A stretch of 64,000 nucleotides of DNA from NCBI GenBank assembly GCA_022825235.1, contig JAJDYI010000016.1:3365-67364 (forward strand), read 5' to 3'. A program made the position numbers and the translations under genes. This DNA comes from Alphaproteobacteria bacterium. Lineage in GTDB: Bacteria; Pseudomonadota; Alphaproteobacteria; TMED109. The notes under the pieces are model-generated. The model made no database searches, was not told the origin of the DNA, and saw only the letters and a list, made by a program, of their open reading frames with translations. Shown piece after piece: positions 18,056 through 28,422 of the stretch. Each line of letters starts with the position of its first letter. Position 1 is the first letter of the stretch.

Positions 18056-20770
18056 TCAGTTACGCGGCGATGGGGCGGCGCTCGCTCCCGTGTCCGATAC
18101 GGTCTTATACCCCTTCCGCCGCAGTTCCACGAGTCGGTACACGAGCTCCAGGGCGGCGCGCGGGGCCAGCGAATCGGGTTCGAGACCGTCCAGCAGGTCA
18201 GCGACCGGATCAGGTTCCGGCTCGCGCGGCGTCGGCAGCGACGAAAGCGCGGCGCCGCGCGACGGGACCCCGTCGGCCTCAAGGCGCGCGAGAATCTCCC
18301 TGGCGCGGCCCAGGACTTCACCGGGCAGGCCCGCCAGGCGACCGACATCGATCCCGTACGCGCGGGAACTCACGCCTTCGACCATGGCGTAAAGGAACAC
18401 CACCTCGCCCTGCCATTCCCGCACGCGCAGGGTCCGGCACGCCAGACCCTCGAGGCGCTCGGCCAGCTGCGTCAGTTCGTGGTAGTGCGTCGCGAACAGC
18501 GCTCGGCACCGATTGCGCCGGTACAGGTACTCGACCGTGGCCCAGGCGATCGACAACCCGTCGAAGGTGGCGGTCCCGCGCCCCACCTCATCGAGGATCA
18601 CGAACGACCGGGGACTGGCCTGATTGAGGATGGCCGCCGTTTCGACCATTTCGACCATGAAGGTGGACCGGCCGCGGGCCAGGTCGTCGGCCGCGCCCAC
18701 GCGGCTGAACAGACGATCCACCACGCCCAGCTCCGCCGTCTCCGCCGGCACGAAACTCCCGGCCTGCGCCAGCACGACGATCAGCGCGTTCTGGCGAAGA
18801 AAGGTGCTCTTGCCCGCCATGTTCGGGCCCGTTACCAGCCAGATTCGCCCAGTCTCGTCCAGCTCGCAGTCATTCGTGACGAACGTGCCGTCAAGGGCGG
18901 CCTCCACGACCGGATGCCGGCCGCCGACCACATGAAATCGGGTATCCGGGTGCAGCGCGGGGCGCACGTAGTTCCGCTCCCGGGCGACCTCGGCGAACCC
19001 CTGCGCGACATCGATCGCCGCCAGCGCCCGGGCGATCCGCTGCACCGGCCCGCTCCGCGCCAGCACCTGTTCGGAGAGCTCGGCGAACACCTCCTCCTCG
19101 ATGGACCGAACCCGGTCGCCGGCCAGCTCAATCCGCTCGGCCAGCGAAGCCAGCTCAGGGGTCATGAAGCGGGCCGCACCGGCCAGGGTCTGGCGGTGCT
19201 GGAACCGCCCGTCCGCGTCGCCCGCCCGGAGTTTCTCGGTCTGCCCGGACGGGACCTCGAGGAAGTAACCCAGGACCCGGTTGTGGCGGACCTTGAGCGC
19301 CTGCACCCCCGTGGCCGCACGCTCCTCCGCCTGCATGGCTGCGATCAGCCGTCGCGATTCGTCCCGCAGGGCGCGCTGCTCGTCGAGGTCGCTCCGATAG
19401 CCGGGCCGCACGAAGCCGCCCTCCCGCGCGAGGCGGGGCGCGTCGGGTTCGATGGCCAGGTCGACCCGCGCCGCCAGCTCCGCCTCGCCGTCAAGCGCCT
19501 CGGCCACGGCCTGGAGACTCGCGGGCAGCGGACGGTCGCTCGCGGTCAGCCGCGCCCGCACCGCGGCGGCGGCCGCCAGTCCGTCGGCAATGTGCCTGAG
19601 ATCGCGGGGACCGCCGCGCCCGAACGCGATCCGCGCCAGCGCCCGGGCGCAGTCCGGGGCGCGCCGCAATTCCGCGCGCACCTGCGCGCGGACATCCTCC
19701 TCGGCGACCAGCCACTCGACCCGGTCGTGGCGGGCGCCAATCCGGGCACAATCGGTCAGCGGACGGGCAAGTTCCCCGGCCACACGTCGGGCGCCCGCTG
19801 CGGTCACCGTGCGATCGACAGCCGCCAGCAGCGAGCCGCCGACAGTGCCGGCGAGCGAGCGGGTCAGTTCGAGGTTGCGGTGCGTGGCGGCGTCGATCCC
19901 GAGATATCCGTCGGGCTCCACCCGTCTCGGCGGGAGGAAGGTGGGCAGGCTCTCCCGCTGGGTGAGCTCCGCATAGTCGAACACGGCGCCGAGCGCGGTC
20001 ACCTCGGCCACGGTAAACGCGCCGAAGGCATCCAGCGCCAGCACCTGGTAGTGCTCCCGGACCCGGCGCTCCGCGGACTCGAACGCGAAGCGCGCCGCCG
20101 GCAGTTCCGTGACAACGGCGCCGTGCCCCTCGAGCACCGCTTCGAACCCGGGCTGGCGGGCAAGCGCATCGGACACGATGATCTCGCGGGTGCCGTCCCG
20201 CGCCAGGGCGGCTTCCAGCGCGTCCGGCGACACCGACTCGACTTCGACCTCGCCCGTCGAGATGTCGACGAACGCCACCGCAACCTCGGCCCCGACCCGC
20301 GCCAGGCCCGCAAGGAAACTGTTCTCGCGTGCCTCCAGCAGGTGCTCGTCAACGACGGTCCCCGGCGTCACCACCTGGACCACTTCGCGCCTGAGGACGG
20401 AGCGGTTCCCGCGGCGGCGGGCCTCTTCGGGACGTTCCACCTGCTCGCACACGGCGACCCGGAACCCCTTGCGGGTGAGCCGGGCCAGATAGGTCTCGCT
20501 CGCATGCACCGGGATGCCGCACATCGGGACGGGCTCGCCCTCGCTCACGCCGCGGCTGGTCAGGACGATGTCGAGCTCCGCGGCCGCCTTCTCCGCGTCC
20601 TCGAAGAACAGCTCGTAGAAGTCTCCCATCCGGAAGAACAGCAGGCAGTCGGGGTGTTGCTCCTTGACCGCGAAGTATTGCCGGAACATCGGCGTGCGGC
20701 CCTTCCCGCGGCCTTCGCGGGAGGGCGTCTCGGAAGCCGCCTCAAAAGCCGGAAGCGTCAGCTGGGTCAC
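18056..20770 (-). CDS. mutS: DNA mismatch repair protein MutS
   Basis: 904 aa: TPMFRQYFAVKEQHPDCLLFFRMGDFYELFFEDA (mismatch-binding F-x-E), GPNMAGKSTFLRQ (Walker A), FVILDEVGRGT and THYHELT. Confidence 0.95.
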   Translation of the reverse strand: MTQLTLPAFEAASETPSREGRGKGRTPMFRQYFAVKEQHPDCLLFFRMGDFYELFFEDAEKAAAELDIVLTSRGVSEGEPVPMCGIPVHASETYLARLTRKGFRVAVCEQVERPEEARRRGNRSVLRREVVQVVTPGTVVDEHLLEARENSFLAGLARVGAEVAVAFVDISTGEVEVESVSPDALEAALARDGTREIIVSDALARQPGFEAVLEGHGAVVTELPAARFAFESAERRVREHYQVLALDAFGAFTVAEVTALGAVFDYAELTQRESLPTFLPPRRVEPDGYLGIDAATHRNLELTRSLAGTVGGSLLAAVDRTVTAAGARRVAGELARPLTDCARIGARHDRVEWLVAEEDVRAQVRAELRRAPDCARALARIAFGRGGPRDLRHIADGLAAAAAVRARLTASDRPLPASLQAVAEALDGEAELAARVDLAIEPDAPRLAREGGFVRPGYRSDLDEQRALRDESRRLIAAMQAEERAATGVQALKVRHNRVLGYFLEVPSGQTEKLRAGDADGRFQHRQTLAGAARFMTPELASLAERIELAGDRVRSIEEEVFAELSEQVLARSGPVQRIARALAAIDVAQGFAEVARERNYVRPALHPDTRFHVVGGRHPVVEAALDGTFVTNDCELDETGRIWLVTGPNMAGKSTFLRQNALIVVLAQAGSFVPAETAELGVVDRLFSRVGAADDLARGRSTFMVEMVETAAILNQASPRSFVILDEVGRGTATFDGLSIAWATVEYLYRRNRCRALFATHYHELTQLAERLEGLACRTLRVREWQGEVVFLYAMVEGVSSRAYGIDVGRLAGLPGEVLGRAREILARLEADGVPSRGAALSSLPTPREPEPDPVADLLDGLEPDSLAPRAALELVYRLVELRRKGYKTVSDTGASAAPSPRN

Positions 20771-20923
20771 CCGAAAAACCTAGCACGCCACGGGCCGGTC
20801 GGGTGCCGCACCCGCGGCGCGGGGCAGGCTCGCTCCCGTCGCTGGCGGTCAGGGGGGACAGGGCGGCAACGGTCCGGTCCCCGCCCCCCGGATCGCCGGG
20901 AGAACGGTGCCCGGGTCACGGGA

Positions 20924-21931
20924 TCAGGAGGGGTCCAGCAACGGCGCGTCGAGCTCCACGACGTTCGTGGCGGGGCCGACGATGAGGGGGTCCGGACCCT
21001 GTACGACGTCGTGGTTCTTGTCCGGGTAGGGAAGCGACGAGAGGAAGTGCTGCATGCAGGCGATCCGGGCCCGCTTCTTGTCGTCCGACTTCACGACCGT
21101 CCACGGTGCATCGGCGGTATCCGTGTAGAAGAACATCTCCTCCTTGGCGGTCGTGTAGGACGCCCACTTGTCCATCGAGGCGGTGTCGATCGGCGAGAGC
21201 TTCCACTGCTTGAGCGGATCCATCTTGCGCGACTCGAAACGCCGCCGCTGCTCGGCCTGCGTGATCGAGAACCAGTACTTGAAGTACCGGATGCCGCTGT
21301 TGACCAGCATGCGTTCGATCTGCGGGCACTGCCGCAGGAATTCGAGATACTCGCGCCCGGTGCAGAAGCCCATGACCCGCTCGACGCCGGCGCGGTTGTA
21401 CCAGGAGCGGTCGAACAGGACGATCTCGCCGACCGTCGGCAGGTGCTGGATGTATCGCTGGAAGTACCACTCTCCGCGCTCACGATCGCTGGGCTTCTCC
21501 AGCGCGATGACCCGGGCCCCGCGCGGATTGAGATGCTCCATGAAGCGCTTGATCGTGCCCCCCTTCCCGGCAGCATCGCGCCCTTCGAACACCACCACGA
21601 TCTTCTCGCCGGCTTCCTTGACCCAGTTCTGCACCTTCAGCAGTTCGACCTGCAGCTTCTGCTTTTGCTTCTCATAGGTCGAGGTCTCGAGCTTGCGCTT
21701 GTACGGATAGACGCCCTCCCGGAAGATCCGCGCTCGCGCGGTCGGATCCAGCCGCAACGCCGCCAGCTCGCGGTCGGGATCGGCTCCGGGCGGACTCGCG
21801 GGCTCCCGGGCCTCGGGGCCGCGCTGCTCCGCCACCGCCTCGCCGCGCGACTGCGCCACCGCGCCGGCGATTTCCGCCAGCGCGCGCTCCTGCGGGTCCG
21901 CCCTCTGGTGCTCTGCCGTCATGGCCGGCAT
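20924..21931 (-). CDS. ppk2: Polyphosphate kinase 2
   Basis: FEGRDAAGKGGTIKR (Walker A), YFQRYIQHLP and FDRSWYNRAGVERVMGF. The start is set to the ATG at 21931 (or 21922), since the N-terminal 68 codons of the track ORF look non-coding. Confidence 0.85.
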   Translation of the reverse strand: MPAMTAEHQRADPQERALAEIAGAVAQSRGEAVAEQRGPEAREPASPPGADPDRELAALRLDPTARARIFREGVYPYKRKLETSTYEKQKQKLQVELLKVQNWVKEAGEKIVVVFEGRDAAGKGGTIKRFMEHLNPRGARVIALEKPSDRERGEWYFQRYIQHLPTVGEIVLFDRSWYNRAGVERVMGFCTGREYLEFLRQCPQIERMLVNSGIRYFKYWFSITQAEQRRRFESRKMDPLKQWKLSPIDTASMDKWASYTTAKEEMFFYTDTADAPWTVVKSDDKKRARIACMQHFLSSLPYPDKNHDVVQGPDPLIVGPATNVVELDAPLLDPS

Positions 21932-22088
21932 CACCCCGCCACTGTTTCCGGAGATGAGTATAAATGAACGGGATCCGCGTCCCGGTCGGGCACCGGGCCG
22001 GACACCCGGGTCGCCTCGCCCGGCCGCTACCCGGACCGGGGACGCCGCTGTACGGTTCCGAGTTCCGACTGCCTTCCTGGAGATCCAC

Positions 22089-22418
22089 ATGCTGCTTGAC
22101 GTCCGCACGTACACCTGCCGACCCGGCACCATCAAGAAACACCTCGAGCTCTACGAGCGGATGGGCAAGGCGCCGCAGACCCGGCATCTCGGAGCTCCGC
22201 TCGCCTACCTCGTCACCGAGACTCCCAACCCGAATCAGTATGTCCACATCTGGGTTTACGAGAACGCGGGCGACCGTGAAGCGAAGCGGGCAGCCATGTG
22301 GAAGGATCCCGACTGGCAGGCCTATGTCGGCGAGAGCGCGAAGCTCGGGGCGATGGTCGCGCAGGACAATCGCCTCATGACTCCGGTCACGTTCTTTCCC
22401 GAACCGAGCCGTGGCTGA
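22089..22418 (+). CDS. NIPSNAP family protein
   Basis: 109 aa from the internal ATG at 22089, with GGAGA 6 nt upstream: MLLDVRTYTCRPGTIKKHLELYERMG...VHIWVYENAGDREAKRAAMWKDPDWQAY. Confidence 0.7.
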   Translation: MLLDVRTYTCRPGTIKKHLELYERMGKAPQTRHLGAPLAYLVTETPNPNQYVHIWVYENAGDREAKRAAMWKDPDWQAYVGESAKLGAMVAQDNRLMTPVTFFPEPSRG

Positions 22419-22481
22419 CGGCGCGCGGCTGGCAGTTTCGGCTGGCAGTCGGGGCACGGCATAGGCCGGGACGGTCGGCGA

Positions 22482-23081
22482 ATGGCCGCGACGGGCCGAC
22501 GTCCCGACGGCCGCCCGACCATGGTCGGGCGGTTACAGATCACCTGGGAGATCGCGGCGGGGACGCGCGCGGGCCGCGGACGCGGTCAGACTCTCGATTT
22601 CGGCTGGTTCAATTCCCCGTTCGGAGACATGCTCGTGCTGGGCGACGCCCGGGACATCGTTGGCCTCGCCTTCCGCGGCGACGGCCGGTGCGACGATGTC
22701 CTACGATCGATGCAGGACCACTGGCCGCAGGCGACGTTCCGCCCCCACCAGGGAGCCCTCTCGGCCCGCGTCGAAGCGCTGTGCCGGACGGGTGCCGCGC
22801 GCATCCGTCTGGCCGGAACCGAACGGCAGCTGCAGGTGTGGGCCGAGCTGCTCGCCATTCCGAAGGGTGAGACCCGGAGCTACCTGGATCTGGCCCGCAA
22901 TCTTGGCACTCCGCGCGGCGCGCAGTGGGTCGGCCAGGCGAACGGAGCCAACCCGATCGCCTGGCTGGTTCCGTGTCACCGAGTGATCGGCAGCGACGGA
23001 GGGATCGCCGGCTACGCCTGGGGGACGGCGCTCAAACGAGCCATGCTGGAGTCGGAGGGAGTGCAACTGGCGTCCGGATGA
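22482..23081 (+). CDS. ogt: Methylated-DNA--protein-cysteine methyltransferase
   Basis: Active-site PCHRVIG, preceded by RSYLDLARNLGTPRGAQWVGQANGANPIAWLV. The start could instead be the ATG at 22521. Confidence 0.85.
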   Translation: MAATGRRPDGRPTMVGRLQITWEIAAGTRAGRGRGQTLDFGWFNSPFGDMLVLGDARDIVGLAFRGDGRCDDVLRSMQDHWPQATFRPHQGALSARVEALCRTGAARIRLAGTERQLQVWAELLAIPKGETRSYLDLARNLGTPRGAQWVGQANGANPIAWLVPCHRVIGSDGGIAGYAWGTALKRAMLESEGVQLASG

Positions 23082-23905
23082 CGGCGCGCGCGCGTGGCAA
23101 GCCCCGGCGACACCGGGGGCGTCCGGTCACCGGTTCGCGCAGTCGGCACCCTGCCCCGTCCACGGTCTGGCTGTACGGCCGTCACGCCGTGCGGGCGGCC
23201 CTGCAGAATCCGAAACGCGACATCCGCCGGGTCCTGGTCGCCCGCGAAGCGGGGTCAGGCCTCGCCGAATCACTGGCCCGAATCCTGCGAAGGCGCGGGT
23301 CCGCGCGGTCCCCGGAGCAACGTGCGCGGGAAGATCTCGATCGATTGGTCGGGGCCGGCGCGGCCCACCAGGGCGTGGCGCTCGAGGCGGACCGACTGCC
23401 CGAGCCGGACCTCGAGCAGCTGTGTCAGGCAGCCGGACCCGGCACCGTCGCGGTCGGGCTCGACCGGGTCACCGATCCACAGAACATCGGCGCGATCCTG
23501 CGTTCGGCCGCCGCCTTCGATGTCGCGTTCCTCCTGATGCCCGACCGCCATGCGCCCGGCGAAACTGCCGCGCTGGCCAAGGCGGCGTCCGGCGCGCTGG
23601 AATCCGTTCCGGTGGTCCGCGCGCGCCGCTTCGCACACACCCTGGGCAGGCTCGGCGGCGCCGGGTTCGTTCGCCTCGGCCTCGAGCCCGGGGCCGGCGA
23701 CTCGCTCGCGTCGGCCATGGCGCGCGTGGACGCCGGCTGCCCCATCGCCATCGTGCTCGGTGCCGAGGGAAGCGGGCTTCGACCCCGGACCCGGGCGAAC
23801 TGCGACGCCCTCATCTCCATCCCCATGCGGAACGACCTGGGCAGCCTCAACGTGTCCGCTGCCGCAGCCGTCGCGCTGTACGAAGTACGGCGCGAAGGCG
23901 CGTAG
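23078..23905 (+). CDS. TrmH/SpoU-family RNA 2'-O-methyltransferase (RlmB-like)
   Basis: The ATG at 23078 overlaps the ogt stop (ATGA). Motifs are VWLYGRHAVRAAL, DPQNIGAILRSAAAF and IPMRNDLGSLNVSAAAAVALYE. Confidence 0.8.
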   Translation: MTARARGKPRRHRGRPVTGSRSRHPAPSTVWLYGRHAVRAALQNPKRDIRRVLVAREAGSGLAESLARILRRRGSARSPEQRAREDLDRLVGAGAAHQGVALEADRLPEPDLEQLCQAAGPGTVAVGLDRVTDPQNIGAILRSAAAFDVAFLLMPDRHAPGETAALAKAASGALESVPVVRARRFAHTLGRLGGAGFVRLGLEPGAGDSLASAMARVDAGCPIAIVLGAEGSGLRPRTRANCDALISIPMRNDLGSLNVSAAAAVALYEVRREGA

Positions 23906-24130
23906 TACCGACCCCGCCACGTCACGCTGCCCTATTTCCGGCAGTGCGGGCCCTCGGGACGCGTCGGATGACGTGGGCGGGGGTGGACGCGAGCAAGGCA
24001 GGGTGCATGCGGCTCCGGTGTGCCGGGAACACCCATGCCGCGCACGGCCATTTACAATGGACAGCGTCAGCGACGGCGACGATTCAGGGCCGCCGAGGTT
24101 CTGCTGGGCCGGTCGCGCGTGAGGCACTCG

Positions 24131-24991
24131 ATGGCACGTGACCACGACAACGGGGCTGCAGAGGGCAGACCGTCCCGTTTCACGGTACGGCCGCTCCCGG
24201 GGGCGCTGGGAGCGGAAATCCGGGGCGTGGACCTCTCGGCGCCGCTGGCTCCGGCAACCGTGCTGGCGATCCGGGAAACCTGGCTGAAGTACCTGGTCGT
24301 CTTCTTTCGGAATCAGACGCTAGGCGCCAGGGAGCTCGCGGCGTTTGCGCGCCTGTTCGGCACGCCGATGCCCTATCCGATGGTGAAGGGCCTCCCGGAT
24401 GAGCCCCACGTCATCGAAGTTCTCAAACGCGAGGACGAAACCGTCAATTTCGGCGGTCTCTGGCACACGGACACCGCCTATCTCGAACGTCCACCCATGG
24501 CGAGTCTCCTGTATGCGCTGGAGGTCCCGGAGACCGGCGGAGATACGCTGTTCGCCAACGGCTATCTCGCGTTCGACACGCTGTCCCCCGGCATGCAGGC
24601 GATGCTGGAGCCGTTGCGGGCGGTCAACCGCTCCGACGGAGCCGCGGTCTCGGCCACCCGTGCACCGCGCTCGGGAGCACTGCAGGAGACAACGTTTCAA
24701 GCAGTGCACCCGGTGGTGCGGACCCATCCCGAAACTGGCCGCAAGTCGCTCTACGTCAACGGCGCCCACTCGGTCCGCTTCGACGGCATGACAGAAGGCG
24801 AAAGCCAGCCGCTTCTGCAGTGGCTGTTTTCCCACCAGTCGCAGGCTGCCTTCACGGCCCGCTTCCAGTGGGCGATCGGTTCACTGGCGTTCTGGGACAA
24901 CCGGGCGGCGCTGCACTATCCGCTGAACGACTATCACGGCCACCGGCGGCGCATGCTTCGCATCCAGATCGAGGGCGATCGGCCCTCCTGA
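24131..24991 (+). CDS. TauD/TfdA-family Fe(II)/2-oxoglutarate dioxygenase
   Basis: From the ATG at 24131: FTVRPLPGALGAEIRGVDLS..., WHTDTAY (H-x-D), GGDTLFAN, and FQWAIGSLAFWDNRAALH with C-terminal HRRRMLR. Confidence 0.85.
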   Translation: MARDHDNGAAEGRPSRFTVRPLPGALGAEIRGVDLSAPLAPATVLAIRETWLKYLVVFFRNQTLGARELAAFARLFGTPMPYPMVKGLPDEPHVIEVLKREDETVNFGGLWHTDTAYLERPPMASLLYALEVPETGGDTLFANGYLAFDTLSPGMQAMLEPLRAVNRSDGAAVSATRAPRSGALQETTFQAVHPVVRTHPETGRKSLYVNGAHSVRFDGMTEGESQPLLQWLFSHQSQAAFTARFQWAIGSLAFWDNRAALHYPLNDYHGHRRRMLRIQIEGDRPS

Positions 24992-25198
24992 CGGATCTCG
25001 GCGAGAAGAAGCAATGCCGCAGGCCACCTTCACCTATGCTTGGCAACGGCCGGCGCTTCAGGCGTCACGTCCGAACGTCAAGGCGCCGGCGGGATGCGCA
25101 CGCGCTGGCGGCTCCGCCAGGCCACCCCGTGGGCACGTGGCCACCATTCAGCAACCGCGATCCGGACATTGGCGGGTGGCCAGGGAGATCGGAACGCC

Positions 25199-26113
25199 AT
25201 GACGCCCGAAACGGTACTTTCCCACCCGGCACGCGTGCTCAGCCAGCGCCAGCGGGAATCGTATTTCAGCGACGGCTACGTCGTCGTCGAGTCCCTGCTT
25301 GGGCCCGCTGAGCTGGCCGACATCCTGACGGTGGTGGATCACTTCCTTGCGCTGAGCAGGCGTGAAACCCGATCGGGGGAGGTCTTTGACCTTGCGCCGG
25401 GACATTCCGCCGATGCGCCCCGGTTGCGCCGCCTGCGCCGACCGCATCAGCATCACCCCCTGTTCTGGGAAATCGCCACCGGCGTACTGGCCGACGTGGC
25501 GGCGGATCTGGTCGGCCCGGACGTCGTGTTCCATCACTCAAAGCTCAACTTCAAGTGGAATGACGGTCATGACCAGGTGGACTGGCATCAGGACATCCAG
25601 TTCTACCCGCACACCAACTACAGCCCGTTGACGGTTGGCCTCCTGCTGCGCGACATGACCCTTGCCAACGGGGCGCTCGGCTTTGTCCCGGGCAGCCACG
25701 CCGGCGAGCTCTTCGACCAGTACGACAAGCAGGGCCACTGGAAGGGATGCCTGAATACACGCGACGTCGAAAGGCTTGACGTAACGAAGGCCGCCTACAT
25801 CGAGGCTGGGGCGGGTGCCATTACCGTCCACAATTGCCGCACCGTGCACGGTTCACCCCCGAGCCGGAACGCCGATGGGCGGCCGTTGCTGTTGAACGCG
25901 TACGCGTCAGCCGACGCATTTCCGTACACGCCGCACCCGGAGCCCGCTCCGCACGTCGGGGAGGTCATTCGGGGCCAACCCGCCAAGTGGGCACATCACG
26001 ACCCGCGCCCGTGCCCGATACCGCCAGACTGGTCGAGCGGCTACACGTCGATCTTCGCCGCCCAGGCTGGCGAGGATGATCCTGACGGGGAACGGGACCT
26101 GCGTTCCGCTTGA
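25199..26113 (+). CDS. Phytanoyl-CoA dioxygenase (PhyH) family protein
   Basis: From the ATG at 25199: LSQRQRESYFSDGYVVVESLL, VDWHQDIQFYPH (H-x-D), GALGFVPGSH and ITVHNCRTVHGS. Confidence 0.8.
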   Translation: MTPETVLSHPARVLSQRQRESYFSDGYVVVESLLGPAELADILTVVDHFLALSRRETRSGEVFDLAPGHSADAPRLRRLRRPHQHHPLFWEIATGVLADVAADLVGPDVVFHHSKLNFKWNDGHDQVDWHQDIQFYPHTNYSPLTVGLLLRDMTLANGALGFVPGSHAGELFDQYDKQGHWKGCLNTRDVERLDVTKAAYIEAGAGAITVHNCRTVHGSPPSRNADGRPLLLNAYASADAFPYTPHPEPAPHVGEVIRGQPAKWAHHDPRPCPIPPDWSSGYTSIFAAQAGEDDPDGERDLRSA

Positions 26114-26308
26114 CGCGCTCCACCTGAACGGCACCTGCCAACCGTCGGGTCGGCGGGCTGAACTTGCGTTCAAACGGTACCTGGGCGAACTCCGTGCCAG
26201 GGTCAGGCCGATCGACCGCTGCCGCGGGTGCGGGCGTGACAGCATCCCGCGTGGCTAACCTTGAACTCGGTTGAGCGGATTGCGGGAATTGCTACGCTGA
26301 TCCGTCCC

Positions 26309-26398
26309 GGAGGGGTGGCCGAGTGGTCGAAGGCGCACGCTTGGAGTGCGTGTATGCGGGAAACCGTATCGAGGGTTCGAATCCCTCTCCCTCCGCCA
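26309..26398 (+). tRNA. tRNA-Ser, anticodon GGA, CCA encoded
   Basis: GGAGGGGTGGCCGAGTGGTCGAAGGCGCACGCTTGGAGTGCGTGTATGCGGGAAACCGTATCGAGGGTTCGAATCCCTCTCCCTCCGCCA. It folds with a 7-bp acceptor stem, anticodon stem CACGC/GCGTG with loop TTGGAGT (GGA at positions 34-36), a long variable arm and a GGTTCGAATCC T-loop. Confidence 0.9.
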
Positions 26399-26435
26399 TA
26401 ACCGTTCTTCAGATTTGTGGCAATAGTGCCGCGAG

Positions 26436-27608
26436 TCAGATCGCCAAGTCTTTGGTGTTGTAGTCGCGGATGACCCGCTCGACAGTCTCGCGGTTGTAGC
26501 GGAAGCGCTCTTCCAGCCCCGAGAAGGGCAGGTAACTGTAAGGCATCTCGTCGGGGAAGCGTTGCCGCCGCGCGTCGATCGCGACCTGAATCACGGCCGA
26601 CCGTTCGAAGATGCGCTGCTCGTCATACACCTGGTCGGCGCCCATGTTGAGCTTGCCCCGCTGGCCGATCACCGACCGGCGGCGATGAAAGCCCATGGTG
26701 ATCGAGATGCGGATGTCGGGTGAGCTGTTGGCGAAGGAGGCGTGCAGCATCTGACGGTTGACGGCCGTAACGTCGCCCGGACGGCAGATCAGCGGGACCG
26801 CATCGGGCAGCTTCTCGTCTCCGCCGTTCTCGGCAACGCGCCGCGGGATGTCGATCCGACCCTGCTTGTGGGTGCCTGGCACGACCCAGAGGCAGTTGGC
26901 GGGGGTGGTCGGGTAGAGCTGCACCTGGAAATTAAACCCGTGGATGCCCTCGTCCCACTCGGGCGAATCCCAGTGGGTGACGCCGTCCTGGTGCCAGGCG
27001 ACGGAGCCGCCGACGCCGGCCTGCTTGACGAAGATGGCGTCGTTATAGGGGACGAAGTCTGGGCCGTTGATCGCCTCCGCCACCGCCAGCAGTTGCGGAT
27101 GGCCATAGACCCGGAGCGCCGCCGGCATGGCCTCGCACATGCCGTACATCAGGAAGACCACGTGTTCGGGCGCATCGGCGTCCGCCCGGGGTTGAACCAT
27201 CCGATGCGGATGGCGGCCGTTGAGCTTGTCGGTGCCGCCCCACAGGTCGGAGAGCGGCTTCACCATCGTGTAGGGCTCGCGCGCGTAATCCCGCCCGAGC
27301 GCCGGCCGGCCGTGCCTGTCCACATCCGCTCCCGGACGGACCGGCGCGCGCTCGATCATCATGTCGGCGTCGGCGCGAAGTTCCTGCAGTTCCGCCTCTC
27401 CGACCACGCCCTCAAACACGTAGAAGCCGTGCTCCCAGTAGGATTCCAGAATGTCGGGGTGCAGCCGGCCGTCGGCACCGAACCGGATCGGACCGCGATT
27501 CGCGAGCCGGCGGGCGCGTTCCTCGCCGGCGTGGAGATAGGCGGCTGTGCGCTCGGCGTGCTCGGCCCTGGTCGGTGCCGCTGCCGGGGGCGAAACTTGG
27601 TCCATCAC
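26436..27608 (-). CDS. Phytanoyl-CoA dioxygenase (PhyH) family protein, second copy
   Basis: 390 aa: [29 protein letters not shown] (H-x-D), [11 protein letters not shown] and [13 protein letters not shown]. Confidence 0.75.
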   Translation of the reverse strand: MMDQVSPPAAAPTRAEHAERTAAYLHAGEERARRLANRGPIRFGADGRLHPDILESYWEHGFYVFEGVVGEAELQELRADADMMIERAPVRPGADVDRHGRPALGRDYAREPYTMVKPLSDLWGGTDKLNGRHPHRMVQPRADADAPEHVVFLMYGMCEAMPAALRVYGHPQLLAVAEAINGPDFVPYNDAIFVKQAGVGGSVAWHQDGVTHWDSPEWDEGIHGFNFQVQLYPTTPANCLWVVPGTHKQGRIDIPRRVAENGGDEKLPDAVPLICRPGDVTAVNRQMLHASFANSSPDIRISITMGFHRRRSVIGQRGKLNMGADQVYDEQRIFERSAVIQVAIDARRQRFPDEMPYSYLPFSGLEERFRYNRETVERVIRDYNTKDLAI

Positions 27609-27822
27609 GCGTCTCCAGTAATCAGCCCGGTTCGACTGTGCCCCATGTCATGCTAGTGCGCGGCGGGTGCCGCTGCCAACCATCTCCCGGACCAACGTCC
27701 GGATCGGACGCGGTTCACTCCGGCAACTTGGCGTACGCCGCCGCTCGAGCAACACCCGATCGTCGAGCGCGTCCCGACCGGCCGGATAGACGTCCCCGGC
27801 GGTCAACGACCGGAAGTTCGGG

Positions 27823-28422
27823 TCAGGACCAGGTCAGCGCCCGCTCGACGAAGTCCATCCGATCCTTGCCCCAGAAGATCTCGTCACCGATCACCATGGT
27901 AGGCGCACCGAACACCCCGCGGGCAAGAGCCCCGTCGGTCGCCTCGATCAGCGCAGCGCGGGATTCATCGCTCTCGGCAGCCGCCTCGAAGTCGTCCGGA
28001 TCGACGCCGAGCGCTTCGGCGATCCCGCGCAGACCGGCATAATGCTGGATGGAGGCGTCGTCGCGCTCCCAGTAGGCGGCGAAGATGGCGTCGATGAAAG
28101 CCTCCTCCCTGCCCCAGTTCCGCATGGCGATAGCGCCGCGCTGGGCCCGGCTGGTCTTGATGGGGAACATCGTCGGGAGGCGGAAGGGCAGGTCGTAATG
28201 CTCTGCCCAGCGCTCCAGATCGCGGATGCGGTTGGCGATCTTGGCTGCAGGTTCCTCCATCAGCACGTAGTTGTGGTGGCGGAAGACATGGCCCAGGTTG
28301 ATCGGGATATAGCGGATCGCCGCCCCGTGGCGTTCGGCGATCGGCCGGAGCAGATGCAGCGCGAAATAACTGTTCGTGCTGCCGACCTCCCAATAGAAAT
28401 CGATGGTCCGGGCATTCTCCAT
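27823..28422 (-). CDS. 2-hydroxychromene-2-carboxylate isomerase / DsbA-like thioredoxin-fold protein
   Basis: 199 aa: IDFYWEVGSTNSYFAL at the N-terminus and ARGVFGAPTMVIGDEIFWGKDRMDFVE at the C-terminus, the HCCA-isomerase family pattern. Confidence 0.8.
   Translation of the reverse strand: MENARTIDFYWEVGSTNSYFALHLLRPIAERHGAAIRYIPINLGHVFRHHNYVLMEEPAAKIANRIRDLERWAEHYDLPFRLPTMFPIKTSRAQRGAIAMRNWGREEAFIDAIFAAYWERDDASIQHYAGLRGIAEALGVDPDDFEAAAESDESRAALIEATDGALARGVFGAPTMVIGDEIFWGKDRMDFVERALTWS

Noticed and set aside
18479-21967. 1162-aa plus-strand ORF, with many similar long ORFs elsewhere (for example 972-2447, 5603-7048, 14829-16913, 31835-33277, 55102-56607).
   Set aside because: These are Arg/Pro/Gly/Ala-rich and carry no recognisable motifs. 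Each lies exactly antisense to, or frame-shifted within, a gene with strong family signatures (mutS, ppk2, ggt, glnD, cbs, the carboxylase). Such stop-free shadow frames are typical of high-GC DNA.
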